A stretch of 64,000 nucleotides of DNA from a virus, in the IMG/VR virus record IMGVR_UViG_3300049929_000026, positions 1-64,000 of that record; one strand, written 5' to 3'. Each line of letters starts with the position of its first letter. Position 1 is the first letter of the stretch. Positions 56,095 to 64,000 of the stretch are shown here, in pieces. The translations under genes were made by a program, and so were the position numbers. The notes beneath the pieces are model-generated. The model did no database searches. It saw only the letters and a list, made by a program, of their open reading frames with translations, and was not told the DNA's origin.

Positions 56095-56646
56095 TCAGGT
56101 ACCGCTGCCGATTGAAAGGGTGAAGCGGGCGCCGCTAATCGCCACATTGGAGAGGCTAAGGGCTCGCACGCGCACGGCCGTAGCGCTCAAAAGCTCCGGG
56201 ACGGCGACCCCGCCACCAGCTCCGACTAAATTCGCTATCGGCTCCTTTGCGATGAACGCCCCCCCCACGCCATACTCATCGTTGTATGAGCTTGCAAAAG
56301 TGATCGTCACGTCCCCGTTCCCATTGCGCGAAGCAGCAGGGAAACCCGCCGGCGGGGCTGAGCCCACATAGCTGATTACCGTAGCGCCAGTCATGAGTCG
56401 GCAGTTCTCGACGGTTGGCGTGTTGGATCCGCCGTCGACGCAGAGAATCTGCATCGTAGCGAACTCCGCCGTGCGCACGACGGCAGCGGTGTCCGCAACG
56501 AGCCGCGAGAATCCTTCCGCACCCACGTCGGTGCGCGGGTTGACTACGCCTTGAGATTGATAATTGGCCTTATCTACAGCGCCGCCATATTGGATAAAAT
56601 CGGCGGTGCGGGTCCATGCCGGAAGCCCGGTAGGGGTTGTCATCAA
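56095..56646 (-). CDS. putative tail protein
   Basis: Coupled ORF. Confidence 0.6.
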   Translation of the reverse strand: MMTTPTGLPAWTRTADFIQYGGAVDKANYQSQGVVNPRTDVGAEGFSRLVADTAAVVRTAEFATMQILCVDGGSNTPTVENCRLMTGATVISYVGSAPPAGFPAASRNGNGDVTITFASSYNDEYGVGGAFIAKEPIANLVGAGGGVAVPELLSATAVRVRALSLSNVAISGARFTLSIGSGT

Positions 56647-58154
56647 AGCACCTGAATTCCGAAGTGGCGAGGTACGAGGACTCTAGGATTGGCGGCTACA
56701 GTCGATGGCACGGTGGGCGAAGGGCTCGGCACATAGCCGAGCGCGCCATTCGTGATCTCCCCGTGTTGCGCCAGAAAATCGGTCAGGAACTTGTTCGTGA
56801 TGCTCAGATCAGCCCCGTCCCCCACGAACGGATGTCGCGCGGAACGCGGTAGACGCTGGGCATCCGACGTGTTCTCGCCGGCGCCGAGCGCCTCCATCAG
56901 GTCCAGGAATGTGCTGCCATATTTCTCGGCGTTCGCTGCCGCTGGGGAAATGAAGTCTCCACTCGCTACCGCGTTACCGAGCGCATCAACGAACGGGCTA
57001 TCAATGGTCAGCGCCCAAGACCCCGAGGAGCCGGAGACGCCCGTGATGAGCGCAGTGCGCATCTTCATATCATGCGGCGACCACCACATGATATGTGCCT
57101 GTCCGATGAGTGGCGATACTGACGTCGTGGCGCTCACCGTCACGTGTAGCGAATCGGCAGAGCTTGTTACCGTAACCGGTGAACCGGAACCACTTGGTGG
57201 CCACGGGTATTGATCCAGCCATCCAAGACCATCGCCGCCAGAAAGCGCAGACGACGGCAGTGCAAGCGCGAGCGTGATGTCGCAAGGTAACTCATCTACG
57301 GTGCCGACCACATGCTCATCACCGGTTGAGAGCTGAGAATGGATGGCATCACGAACCAGCTCAATGGCGCCAAGCTGAAACGCCCGATGGTAGTCGTTCC
57401 TCTTGCGATCGAATCCCTTCAGGATCGTTAGCTTGTCCGACGACGCGCCGCCCAGCGCTGGGTAGACGTATGGATCTTTGACGCTTGGCAGCGTGTTGAA
57501 GGCGATCTCACGAAGCTGCCCCCAGTTGCCGCCGCCGGGCGTGTTTTGAAAGCGATTCAGGACACGCGCGCGCTTCCGATTTTCTGTCTCCTCGTCGAAC
57601 CCGCCAGTGAGCGGACCGTTGATTGAAACTCGGGCCTGCGTCGCGACGTTGAACGGCGGATTGACCCACCGAACCGCCATGCCACTCTCGAGATTTGTCC
57701 CGCTACCCGTGTCGATAGCCACGACGTCGACGTCCTGCTCATCGAACACATTGATCTGCGTCCCACTGACTTTGCCGCGGAGACCGCTCGGATAAAGAAA
57801 CGTGAGCCCGTCCGAGAACGTTACCGAGCCGCCGCCACTCACCGTCACCGTCAACTTGCCAGCTGCTGGCGATGCCTGAACGACGGGCAATCCGAGGGCG
57901 ATTCGGTACTCTTCGAGGTCGTCACCCGTCGCATTGAGTGGCGTAATCGCCGGCCGAATGGTGGCGATGTTCGAGTACTGCAGCAGTCCCGCGTTGGCGA
58001 CGGCGGTGAAAAAGAACCAGTTGTCCGTACCGGGCGTAACAGCGGGCGCGATCACTGAGTACTTCACGGCCTCAAGGCGAAAGTCAGCCAGCAGATCGTC
58101 TCGGATCTCCTCGGCGCTACCTGGGATGAAAAGTTGTCCGGCTTGAAGTGTCAT
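56643..58154 (-). CDS. baseplate J/gp47-family protein
   Basis: ATGDDLE....LGL, TGSGTN, LTGGFDEET....RAR, PGGGN. Confidence 0.88.
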   Translation of the reverse strand: MTLQAGQLFIPGSAEEIRDDLLADFRLEAVKYSVIAPAVTPGTDNWFFFTAVANAGLLQYSNIATIRPAITPLNATGDDLEEYRIALGLPVVQASPAAGKLTVTVSGGGSVTFSDGLTFLYPSGLRGKVSGTQINVFDEQDVDVVAIDTGSGTNLESGMAVRWVNPPFNVATQARVSINGPLTGGFDEETENRKRARVLNRFQNTPGGGNWGQLREIAFNTLPSVKDPYVYPALGGASSDKLTILKGFDRKRNDYHRAFQLGAIELVRDAIHSQLSTGDEHVVGTVDELPCDITLALALPSSALSGGDGLGWLDQYPWPPSGSGSPVTVTSSADSLHVTVSATTSVSPLIGQAHIMWWSPHDMKMRTALITGVSGSSGSWALTIDSPFVDALGNAVASGDFISPAAANAEKYGSTFLDLMEALGAGENTSDAQRLPRSARHPFVGDGADLSITNKFLTDFLAQHGEITNGALGYVPSPSPTVPSTVAANPRVLVPRHFGIQVL

Positions 58155-58591
58155 AATGTCGCGCTGTGGCTGTCGCCGGTGAGCAGATCAGTAAACGCAA
58201 CCCTGATGTCGCTGCGCCCTGGTCGTGATTCGATTGCGGTCACCGCGTCGACCCGCAGTTCCCCGCTCGTGACCAGGAAAGCCAGCGCGCTGTTGATCGC
58301 GAATCGGACGCGACGTTCGTAGTTGCCGTCGATCTTGTCGGGCAAGGTCAACCCTGCGGTTTGTTGCACGCTTGAGCTCCCCTTCAGCGTGCCGAGCGCG
58401 AGCTCTACCCGCTGACGGAGCGACGGCATCCGGAGGTATTCGCCGTCGGCAGCGACGGTGTAGTCTTTGGTGAGCGGGTCCAAAAATCGGGCCGCTTGAG
58501 GGGCAATCGTCGGGGGAGCGGTCGCCTGGTCTGGAGTGCCAATCCCGAAGGGAGTTCCGAGCCCGACGGGCGCTTGTCCAAGTCCAGACAT
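58151..58591 (-). CDS. baseplate wedge protein (gp25/gp46-like)
   Basis: QRVELALGT.KGS, ALAFLV, position before baseplate J. Confidence 0.7.
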   Translation of the reverse strand: MSGLGQAPVGLGTPFGIGTPDQATAPPTIAPQAARFLDPLTKDYTVAADGEYLRMPSLRQRVELALGTLKGSSSVQQTAGLTLPDKIDGNYERRVRFAINSALAFLVTSGELRVDAVTAIESRPGRSDIRVAFTDLLTGDSHSATL

Positions 58592-58657
58592 GAGGCTTTA
58601 TTCAGGTCGCGCTCCGCCAGGCTTGCGAGCCGGACATGGGCGACGTACATTTGATGG

Positions 58658-59524
58658 ATGAGGGCTTTTGTGATTTTGATTGCGGGTGTTGCGATGGCTG
58701 GCTGCGGAGGTAGCGCGCAGAGCGCGGCGGAGGCGCAGGCTGGGGCTCCGGTCGCGTCCGAGCCCGACAATGGGGGCGAGCTCACGACGGGAGGTGGCGC
58801 GTCAGGGGCCAGCGCTGCCGGCGAAACAGGCCTGACCCTTGGCGGGACGGCTGGGGCATCGGCGGACGCCGCGGGGAGTGGCGGCGCGCTGGACACCGAG
58901 GAATCAGGAAGCGCCCCCGCTGGGCACGGTGGCGGCGGAGCTGGTGCGCCTCAGGTTGGCGCCGCAGGCATGGCTGGCCAATCTGGTGCCACAGCTATCG
59001 CGGGTTCAGGCGGCGCTGCGCAGGGCGGGGGCGGCAGTGCAGGAATGGGTAGCGCTGGTACTGCAGGAAGCGCAGGGGCACCCGACCCAGGAGTCGGCAC
59101 CGTTGTAGTCACATGGACCGTCGGTGGCATCGCCGCCAACCCTGGAGATGGGCCAAGCGCAGCGGCCCACCCGGAACTCTGTGCCTGCTTCAACCAGTAC
59201 GGTGACAAAGGTTGTGGCGGCGCGTCCAGCCGCGTCGTCTTGAGTTATGGGTTGCCCGGTAAGCCACGCGACAGCGGGGCATTGACGGATTGTCAAGAGG
59301 TCAATCTGACCAAGCGATCGGTGCCCTCGGTCGAATTCAGTTTCATGATCCGCTTCGATCGCGCGTATGAGGTGCCCTCTGGGCCTTACGCCTATTCGCC
59401 GAACTATGCGATGGATCCAGCCGTCACGTTCACGACGACCATCCCAGCGAACCAAACGGTTCACGTGGCCGTGGACTTCCCGGTGACTGGTATCGATGGC
59501 GCGACGTATTCGATCGTTCCCTAG
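58658..59524 (+). CDS. Gly/Ala-rich lipoprotein moron
   Basis: AMAG|C lipobox, long GGxAG low-complexity linker, antisense to the tail operon. Confidence 0.75.
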   Translation: MRAFVILIAGVAMAGCGGSAQSAAEAQAGAPVASEPDNGGELTTGGGASGASAAGETGLTLGGTAGASADAAGSGGALDTEESGSAPAGHGGGGAGAPQVGAAGMAGQSGATAIAGSGGAAQGGGGSAGMGSAGTAGSAGAPDPGVGTVVVTWTVGGIAANPGDGPSAAAHPELCACFNQYGDKGCGGASSRVVLSYGLPGKPRDSGALTDCQEVNLTKRSVPSVEFSFMIRFDRAYEVPSGPYAYSPNYAMDPAVTFTTTIPANQTVHVAVDFPVTGIDGATYSIVP

Positions 59525-60157
59525 CTAGCCGCCCACGAACACGCCTGCTGCCGGCGCCGAAGCGCCCGGTGCCCCGATTACGGGAGCAGGCCCGAACTGC
59601 ACCGGACCGAGCGGTGTGCGGCCACCGAGAATGACCTGACCGGTCAGGATGCACATCCCATCCTTGACTTGGATCATGCCGCCGCCGTGCGCCATGTAGC
59701 ATCCGCTATCCTGGCTGATTTCGAAATGGCCACCGAAGCAGGAGATGGTGATCTTCTTGTTCTTCTCGTCGACCACGATGGCCATGCTGTCGCCGACGAT
59801 GATGGATGCGCTCTTGTCTTTGAGGAACACGCGCGAATCGAAATCGGGACCAGTCGAGTGCAGGCAGGTTTCCCCGGCGCCGAGCTCAGCGGTGACCGAA
59901 GCGGTGCGCGTGTCGCGACCAGTGATGACGACGCCACCGCTAGTGCCGGGGACGTTAACCTTGATTCCTTGCGCGTGCCCGTTGTCGTTGCTCGGGTATG
60001 GGAACGCTGTGACACCGAGAGCCCCCATCATCGGCGCGTCACCAATGTCGGGCGCGTCGTTCGGATCTTCGCCGACCCGCGTCGTCTTCGCCTGAACAAG
60101 CAGCACGTTTGTTTTCGGGTCGAGCCTTGCGCTCCCTATATCGATGAATTCCGTCAT
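59525..60157 (-). CDS. baseplate spike (gp45/V-like)
   Basis: RDTR....LGAGETCL motif, short beta repeats, position. Confidence 0.72.
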   Translation of the reverse strand: MTEFIDIGSARLDPKTNVLLVQAKTTRVGEDPNDAPDIGDAPMMGALGVTAFPYPSNDNGHAQGIKVNVPGTSGGVVITGRDTRTASVTAELGAGETCLHSTGPDFDSRVFLKDKSASIIVGDSMAIVVDEKNKKITISCFGGHFEISQDSGCYMAHGGGMIQVKDGMCILTGQVILGGRTPLGPVQFGPAPVIGAPGASAPAAGVFVGG

Positions 60158-60321
60158 GGGACTTTCGGAGGCTCCGGCGTGCGGCCGCCACTGATGACGC
60201 TCTTTCCTTTTGCCACGTATAACCTGAGCTCGCCGAACGGCCCCACGGTTATTCGACAACCGAAGGCTTCGAGCACAGCCGTCTCGACTGAGACTGTCGA
60301 GATGTCATATTCGAGTTTCAT
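60154..60321 (-). CDS. 55-aa hypothetical protein (not in ORF track)
   Basis: MKLEYDISTVSVE...PPKVP; ATGA overlaps with both neighbours. Confidence 0.5.
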   Translation of the reverse strand: MKLEYDISTVSVETAVLEAFGCRITVGPFGELRLYVAKGKSVISGGRTPEPPKVP

Positions 60322-60638
60322 GCGGCATCAAGTGGGCAGGCGAGAACGATTGTTGGCAGGCTTGGAAGCGAGGGTAGCGAGAGACTGAGCGACGGTAGAG
60401 CAATCGTCGGCAGCTCCAGTCTCAGCGAGAATCCGGGGAGCGAAACGACAGGGAATGGAATTCCGGGCAGCGACGGTAGAGAGAGGCTCAGGCTCGGCAG
60501 CGCGATTGTTGGCAGTTCGAGGCTGAGGCTGAACCCCGGGAGCTCGACGAACGGCAAGGGGATACCGGGCAGCGACGGGAGCGAAAGGCTGAGCGACGGG
60601 AGCGCTAGCCCAGGCAATTCGAAGCTGCAGTTGCTCAC
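60318..60638 (-). CDS. Leu/Pro/Ser repeat protein
   Basis: Three ELPxxALPSLSLSLPSLP units with a 34-aa period. Confidence 0.65.
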   Translation of the reverse strand: MSNCSFELPGLALPSLSLSLPSLPGIPLPFVELPGFSLSLELPTIALPSLSLSLPSLPGIPFPVVSLPGFSLRLELPTIALPSLSLSLPSLPSLPTIVLACPLDAA

Positions 60639-60647
60639 TGGTGCGCA

Positions 60648-61874
60648 TCACAAGATGTACGAGTCGGGGCGAACGAAACGCATACTCGTCATCGGGCCCT
60701 GGCCATCGTTGTACTTGGTGTTCTCGTAAAGCCACATGCGCTCGTCGACCTGCTCAATGAAGTCGAATATGTCGACGATGCTGTCGATGCTCCAGATGGC
60801 GCCGGTGTTCGGATCGACGTGACCGCGCACCGTGCACTCGTACTCGAGCGTTTTCTTTAAGCGCTCGGCGACCATCTTGCTGACGCCGTACTCGAGCTGC
60901 TCTTGGTTCTTGGAATCCTTGTCCTGATAGAAGAGCGGTCGGTAAACGGGCTGACCGTAGCCGTAGATCGTGGAATCGCGCTTCTTCGGATCGAACCGCT
61001 TCTCACGCGTGACAATGATGTTGTCATCGGCCGTGATGATCCCCTGGATTTCAGGGATCTTTGCGATAGGGTTCACGGTCTGGCTGTCGAACGTCGAGAA
61101 TTCGTGTCGCGTGCCGGCTACTACAACATTGGGGTCGCCCCCGCGCCCGCGCGCAATCGTCACCGTAGGGACGCTTGACCAGTCGCGAGTCGCCGAACCC
61201 TTCAGGATATTGCCGGGCCGCGCCAGTCGACCCATGGGGTCCACCAAATCATGCGGAACGCAGCAGATGATGCCGTCTCGCAAATTCGCTGACTGCAACG
61301 AGTAGCCCATCCGATGGCAGATGGTCTCTGCGAATTCGAAGGTGCCCTGGTTCTCTTTCGGGCGCAGTTCGTCGGGGTGCGCCTTCTTGAATTCGCGTGC
61401 TGGCTTGCCCTTGGCTGCGCTGACGCGGCCGCTGAGGATGTTCCGTGTCAGGCCAAAGTCGGCATAGACCGTCTTGATCCCGAAGGGCTCGAAGATGGCG
61501 AGCAGCGCTTGCCCGAGATCCATCTCCTTTTTGATTTGCAGCGCCGGATCTACTGAGCCAGCGACCGAGTCGTATAGGTAGTCGTAGCCCGAGACCTCGA
61601 GCGCCGCGCCGCTCTCGCCCACGCCCTTGATCTTCTCGATCCGCCCGACAAGCTGCGTCTGCCCAGCTATCGAGATCCGAATCGGCTGCCAGGGACGAAA
61701 CTTAGTTCGCAGGCTCGACGGGTCTTCATCGTTGTAAACAGTAAACGACCAAGAGTCGGTCGGCGTCAGATACGATGTTTCGATCCGGTACTCTTGGATG
61801 TTGTCGGTGATGACCTCGCCGGTCGACTCAAGCGTTACCGTGAGCCGTTGCTCATCTGGGTCAACAACGGGCAT
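60648..61874 (-). CDS. baseplate hub (Mu gp44-like)
   Basis: Y.IE..YLTPTDSWSF, G.IEKI, V.GH...GAIW motifs; position. Confidence 0.75.
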   Translation of the reverse strand: MPVVDPDEQRLTVTLESTGEVITDNIQEYRIETSYLTPTDSWSFTVYNDEDPSSLRTKFRPWQPIRISIAGQTQLVGRIEKIKGVGESGAALEVSGYDYLYDSVAGSVDPALQIKKEMDLGQALLAIFEPFGIKTVYADFGLTRNILSGRVSAAKGKPAREFKKAHPDELRPKENQGTFEFAETICHRMGYSLQSANLRDGIICCVPHDLVDPMGRLARPGNILKGSATRDWSSVPTVTIARGRGGDPNVVVAGTRHEFSTFDSQTVNPIAKIPEIQGIITADDNIIVTREKRFDPKKRDSTIYGYGQPVYRPLFYQDKDSKNQEQLEYGVSKMVAERLKKTLEYECTVRGHVDPNTGAIWSIDSIVDIFDFIEQVDERMWLYENTKYNDGQGPMTSMRFVRPDSYIL

Positions 61875-62794
61875 CAGCGGCGCTTAGGTGGCGGCTGCGT
61901 GTCAGCGAATGAGCGCAGAATTGAGCCTGCCTTGACGAATGGCGCGCGCGCAAACTGCGGATTGAGGCGCGCGAATTGCTGGACCGACATACCGAGCAGT
62001 GCCGCAGTCGCCGAGAAGGATCGATTCACGACGCTGGTGGTCTTCTTAACCGGATGAATGCCGGTGATGTCCGTACGGTCCTCTAGATCGAGGACTGCGG
62101 TCTGCAGCCGGCGCGCTTGCTGGCGCGTCGGGGCGAGGTTCGGGTCTTTCAGGCGGTCGATCGTCGCAACACTCTTCTCGAGGCGGAACGAATAGTCGGC
62201 GAGAGCGCTCGTCACCTTCCCGCCTGCCACTTCGAGTTGGCCACCGATGCCGCTGATGAAGTCTAGCGGGCTAACCGTAGCTTTTGGCGGCGGCTCCTGC
62301 TTCCAGTCGATCTTCTTGATGTCCGCATCGAAACGACGCGCGTCATCGGCTGCACCCTGCAGCGTCTTGATCTGCGTCGTTAGGTCTTGCGCAAGCTCCG
62401 ACTCAAGCGGCGCGACGATCCACTCGCATTCGACGTCGATGCCGTCGCGCTTGTTGACGTCGAGATCCTCAGAGAGCGAGACGCATTTGACGTTGATGTC
62501 CCCATGGACTGGGTCCGAAAGAATGCCGCGCGTGCGGTCTAGGCAGGCGTTTAGAAATTCCGGGTAGACTTCGGTGAATAGGTGCCGATACGGCCCCTTC
62601 GAGATGTCCTCACGGAAAGGGATCGTATAGCGATAGGTCGGGTTCTCTGCACCGAGCGATTCGATCAGCTGCTGGTCACGAAATATGTACCGATGCTTCG
62701 CCTGCTCCTGCTGGAAGCCGTACTTGCGCGACGTGATCGGAAACTCGATGAAGCGCCAGCCGCAGCGCTGCATCCGCACAAGAACGTCGGTCAT
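61874..62794 (-). CDS. Mu gp43-like DNA circularization/tail protein
   Basis: WRFIEFP, HRYIFRD....ESLG, G.L.DPVHG N-terminal motifs. Confidence 0.78.
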   Translation of the reverse strand: MTDVLVRMQRCGWRFIEFPITSRKYGFQQEQAKHRYIFRDQQLIESLGAENPTYRYTIPFREDISKGPYRHLFTEVYPEFLNACLDRTRGILSDPVHGDINVKCVSLSEDLDVNKRDGIDVECEWIVAPLESELAQDLTTQIKTLQGAADDARRFDADIKKIDWKQEPPPKATVSPLDFISGIGGQLEVAGGKVTSALADYSFRLEKSVATIDRLKDPNLAPTRQQARRLQTAVLDLEDRTDITGIHPVKKTTSVVNRSFSATAALLGMSVQQFARLNPQFARAPFVKAGSILRSFADTQPPPKRR

Positions 62795-62965
62795 TTTTCG
62801 TGGTTTCGCCGCGAGCGTTTGACGTGGTCAGCGTTCACGACGAGCCTCAGCCGATGCGCAAACGTTGGTTTTGTACGGCAAAGAGAGTGGCGTTCTGGAT
62901 ATTACTGGTCTACGCCGCCGTCTTCGTGCCCTGGTTCGTCTACAAAGTTTGGATGATTGGATGAC

Positions 62966-64000
62966 TCAGGATGGAGGACGCCCAACGATCGGCGTCGTTC
63001 GCGCCGGATCGCTTGTCCCCATACGGAACTTACCGCTCGCGTCAGCGATCTTGTCTGCGGCAAGGTTTAGCTTAGCGGCTGCTGCGTCGAGCAACGCCGA
63101 CGTCGCGTCAAGAGCCTTGGAGTTTTCTTCGCCGCGCTTATGGTCGACGGTATTGGTGACCGTCTGTTCGTTAAATGCCGTAGGCCCGGTTAACCCGAAG
63201 GTGAAGTCATTCAGCAACTCCCGCGGGGCGCTTACGCCTTTGAGAGGATCGTTGAACTGCTTCCCGCCGATGCGCCGTTCCTCTTGCTCCTTGACAGCCA
63301 CGAGCCTGGCTTTCGTCTCGGGAGAGAGCCTACCCGTATTGTCTAGCTCGGCTCGTGCGGTCTCGCGGATATCGGCTTCGTTCTTGTCCATCGCGTTCAG
63401 GCGTTTGTTCGCATCCATCTCTCTGGATGCCATGATCATTTCGAGAGCCATGACGGTCATCACCGCCGAACCAATGATCAGGCCACCTTGCATGCCTAGA
63501 CTTGTCGCCATGGCCTTCTTCACGCCTTCACCGATCGCGGCCTGCGCCAGGTCAGCAGTGATCTTGCCTGCGATGATGGCGCCAATCCCGGCATACGGGT
63601 TCTCTGAAAGGAACTGAACGAAAGCCACGAGTTGCGCCGTCATGTCGGCTACCGTCGGGACGAGCGCTGTGAACTGTGGAATCAACTTCGTCAGGACCGG
63701 CATCAAGTCGGTACCGATCGCCACGTTGAACGCTTTAGCAGCCTCTTTGATCTGCAGATCGGGATCGTCCAGCCGAAGCTTGGCGCGCTTGTCCAGTTCT
63801 GCATCGTCCATGCTGGCGCCAGTAAACTCACCTAAAGCCAGTCCTATCGCTGTACGCCCAGCGGCTTTCCCGGTGCCCTTCTTCGTTTTCTCCGCTTCGT
63901 TGAAGGCGTCCATGTATGCCGGAGAAACGCCCGAAAGCGCCTTCATCCCGCGCATACCGAACATGCCGCCAATCTTGGTCAGATCGCCGCCTGTCTTGTC
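62966..64000 (-). CDS. tape measure protein, C-terminal part
   Basis: Ala/Gly-rich helical ORF upstream of the gp43-like gene, runs off the window. Confidence 0.75.
   Translation of the reverse strand, partial: DKTGGDLTKIGGMFGMRGMKALSGVSPAYMDAFNEAEKTKKGTGKAAGRTAIGLALGEFTGASMDDAELDKRAKLRLDDPDLQIKEAAKAFNVAIGTDLMPVLTKLIPQFTALVPTVADMTAQLVAFVQFLSENPYAGIGAIIAGKITADLAQAAIGEGVKKAMATSLGMQGGLIIGSAVMTVMALEMIMASREMDANKRLNAMDKNEADIRETARAELDNTGRLSPETKARLVAVKEQEERRIGGKQFNDPLKGVSAPRELLNDFTFGLTGPTAFNEQTVTNTVDHKRGEENSKALDATSALLDAAAAKLNLAADKIADASGKFRMGTSDPARTTPIVGRPPS

Overview
GC-rich segment of a large contractile-tailed phage or prophage. The host is probably a myxobacterium (inferred from composition and Gly/Ala-rich lipoproteins). 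Left arm (+ strand, 1-27.1 kb): SbcC-like ATPase, Dam-type methylase, a PRPP-synthetase-like/NAMPT pair (NARP1-like, with an intein in NAMPT), many small accessory ORFs, a MazG-like gene, an RNA-repair block (RtcB, nucleotidyltransferase, CCA-adding enzyme, ATP-grasp) and hicAB/higA. Centre (- strand, 27.2-31.7 kb): an array of 38 hand-folded, often non-canonical tRNA genes covering all 20 amino acids, with structured non-tRNA spacers, an intact HNH gene and a broken one. Right arm (- strand): lysis genes, a sigma factor, tail fibre, baseplate and tape-measure genes, interrupted by + strand HNH and lipoprotein genes, most sharing a structured leader. Best candidate for an undescribed system: a 35-codon leader peptide (32 distinct codons, 19 of 20 amino acids) followed by an antiterminator/terminator switch directly ahead of the tRNA array. 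This looks like a pan-codon attenuator that would switch on phage tRNAs when a host tRNA is lost. All calls come from manual reading; no searches or folding programs were run.
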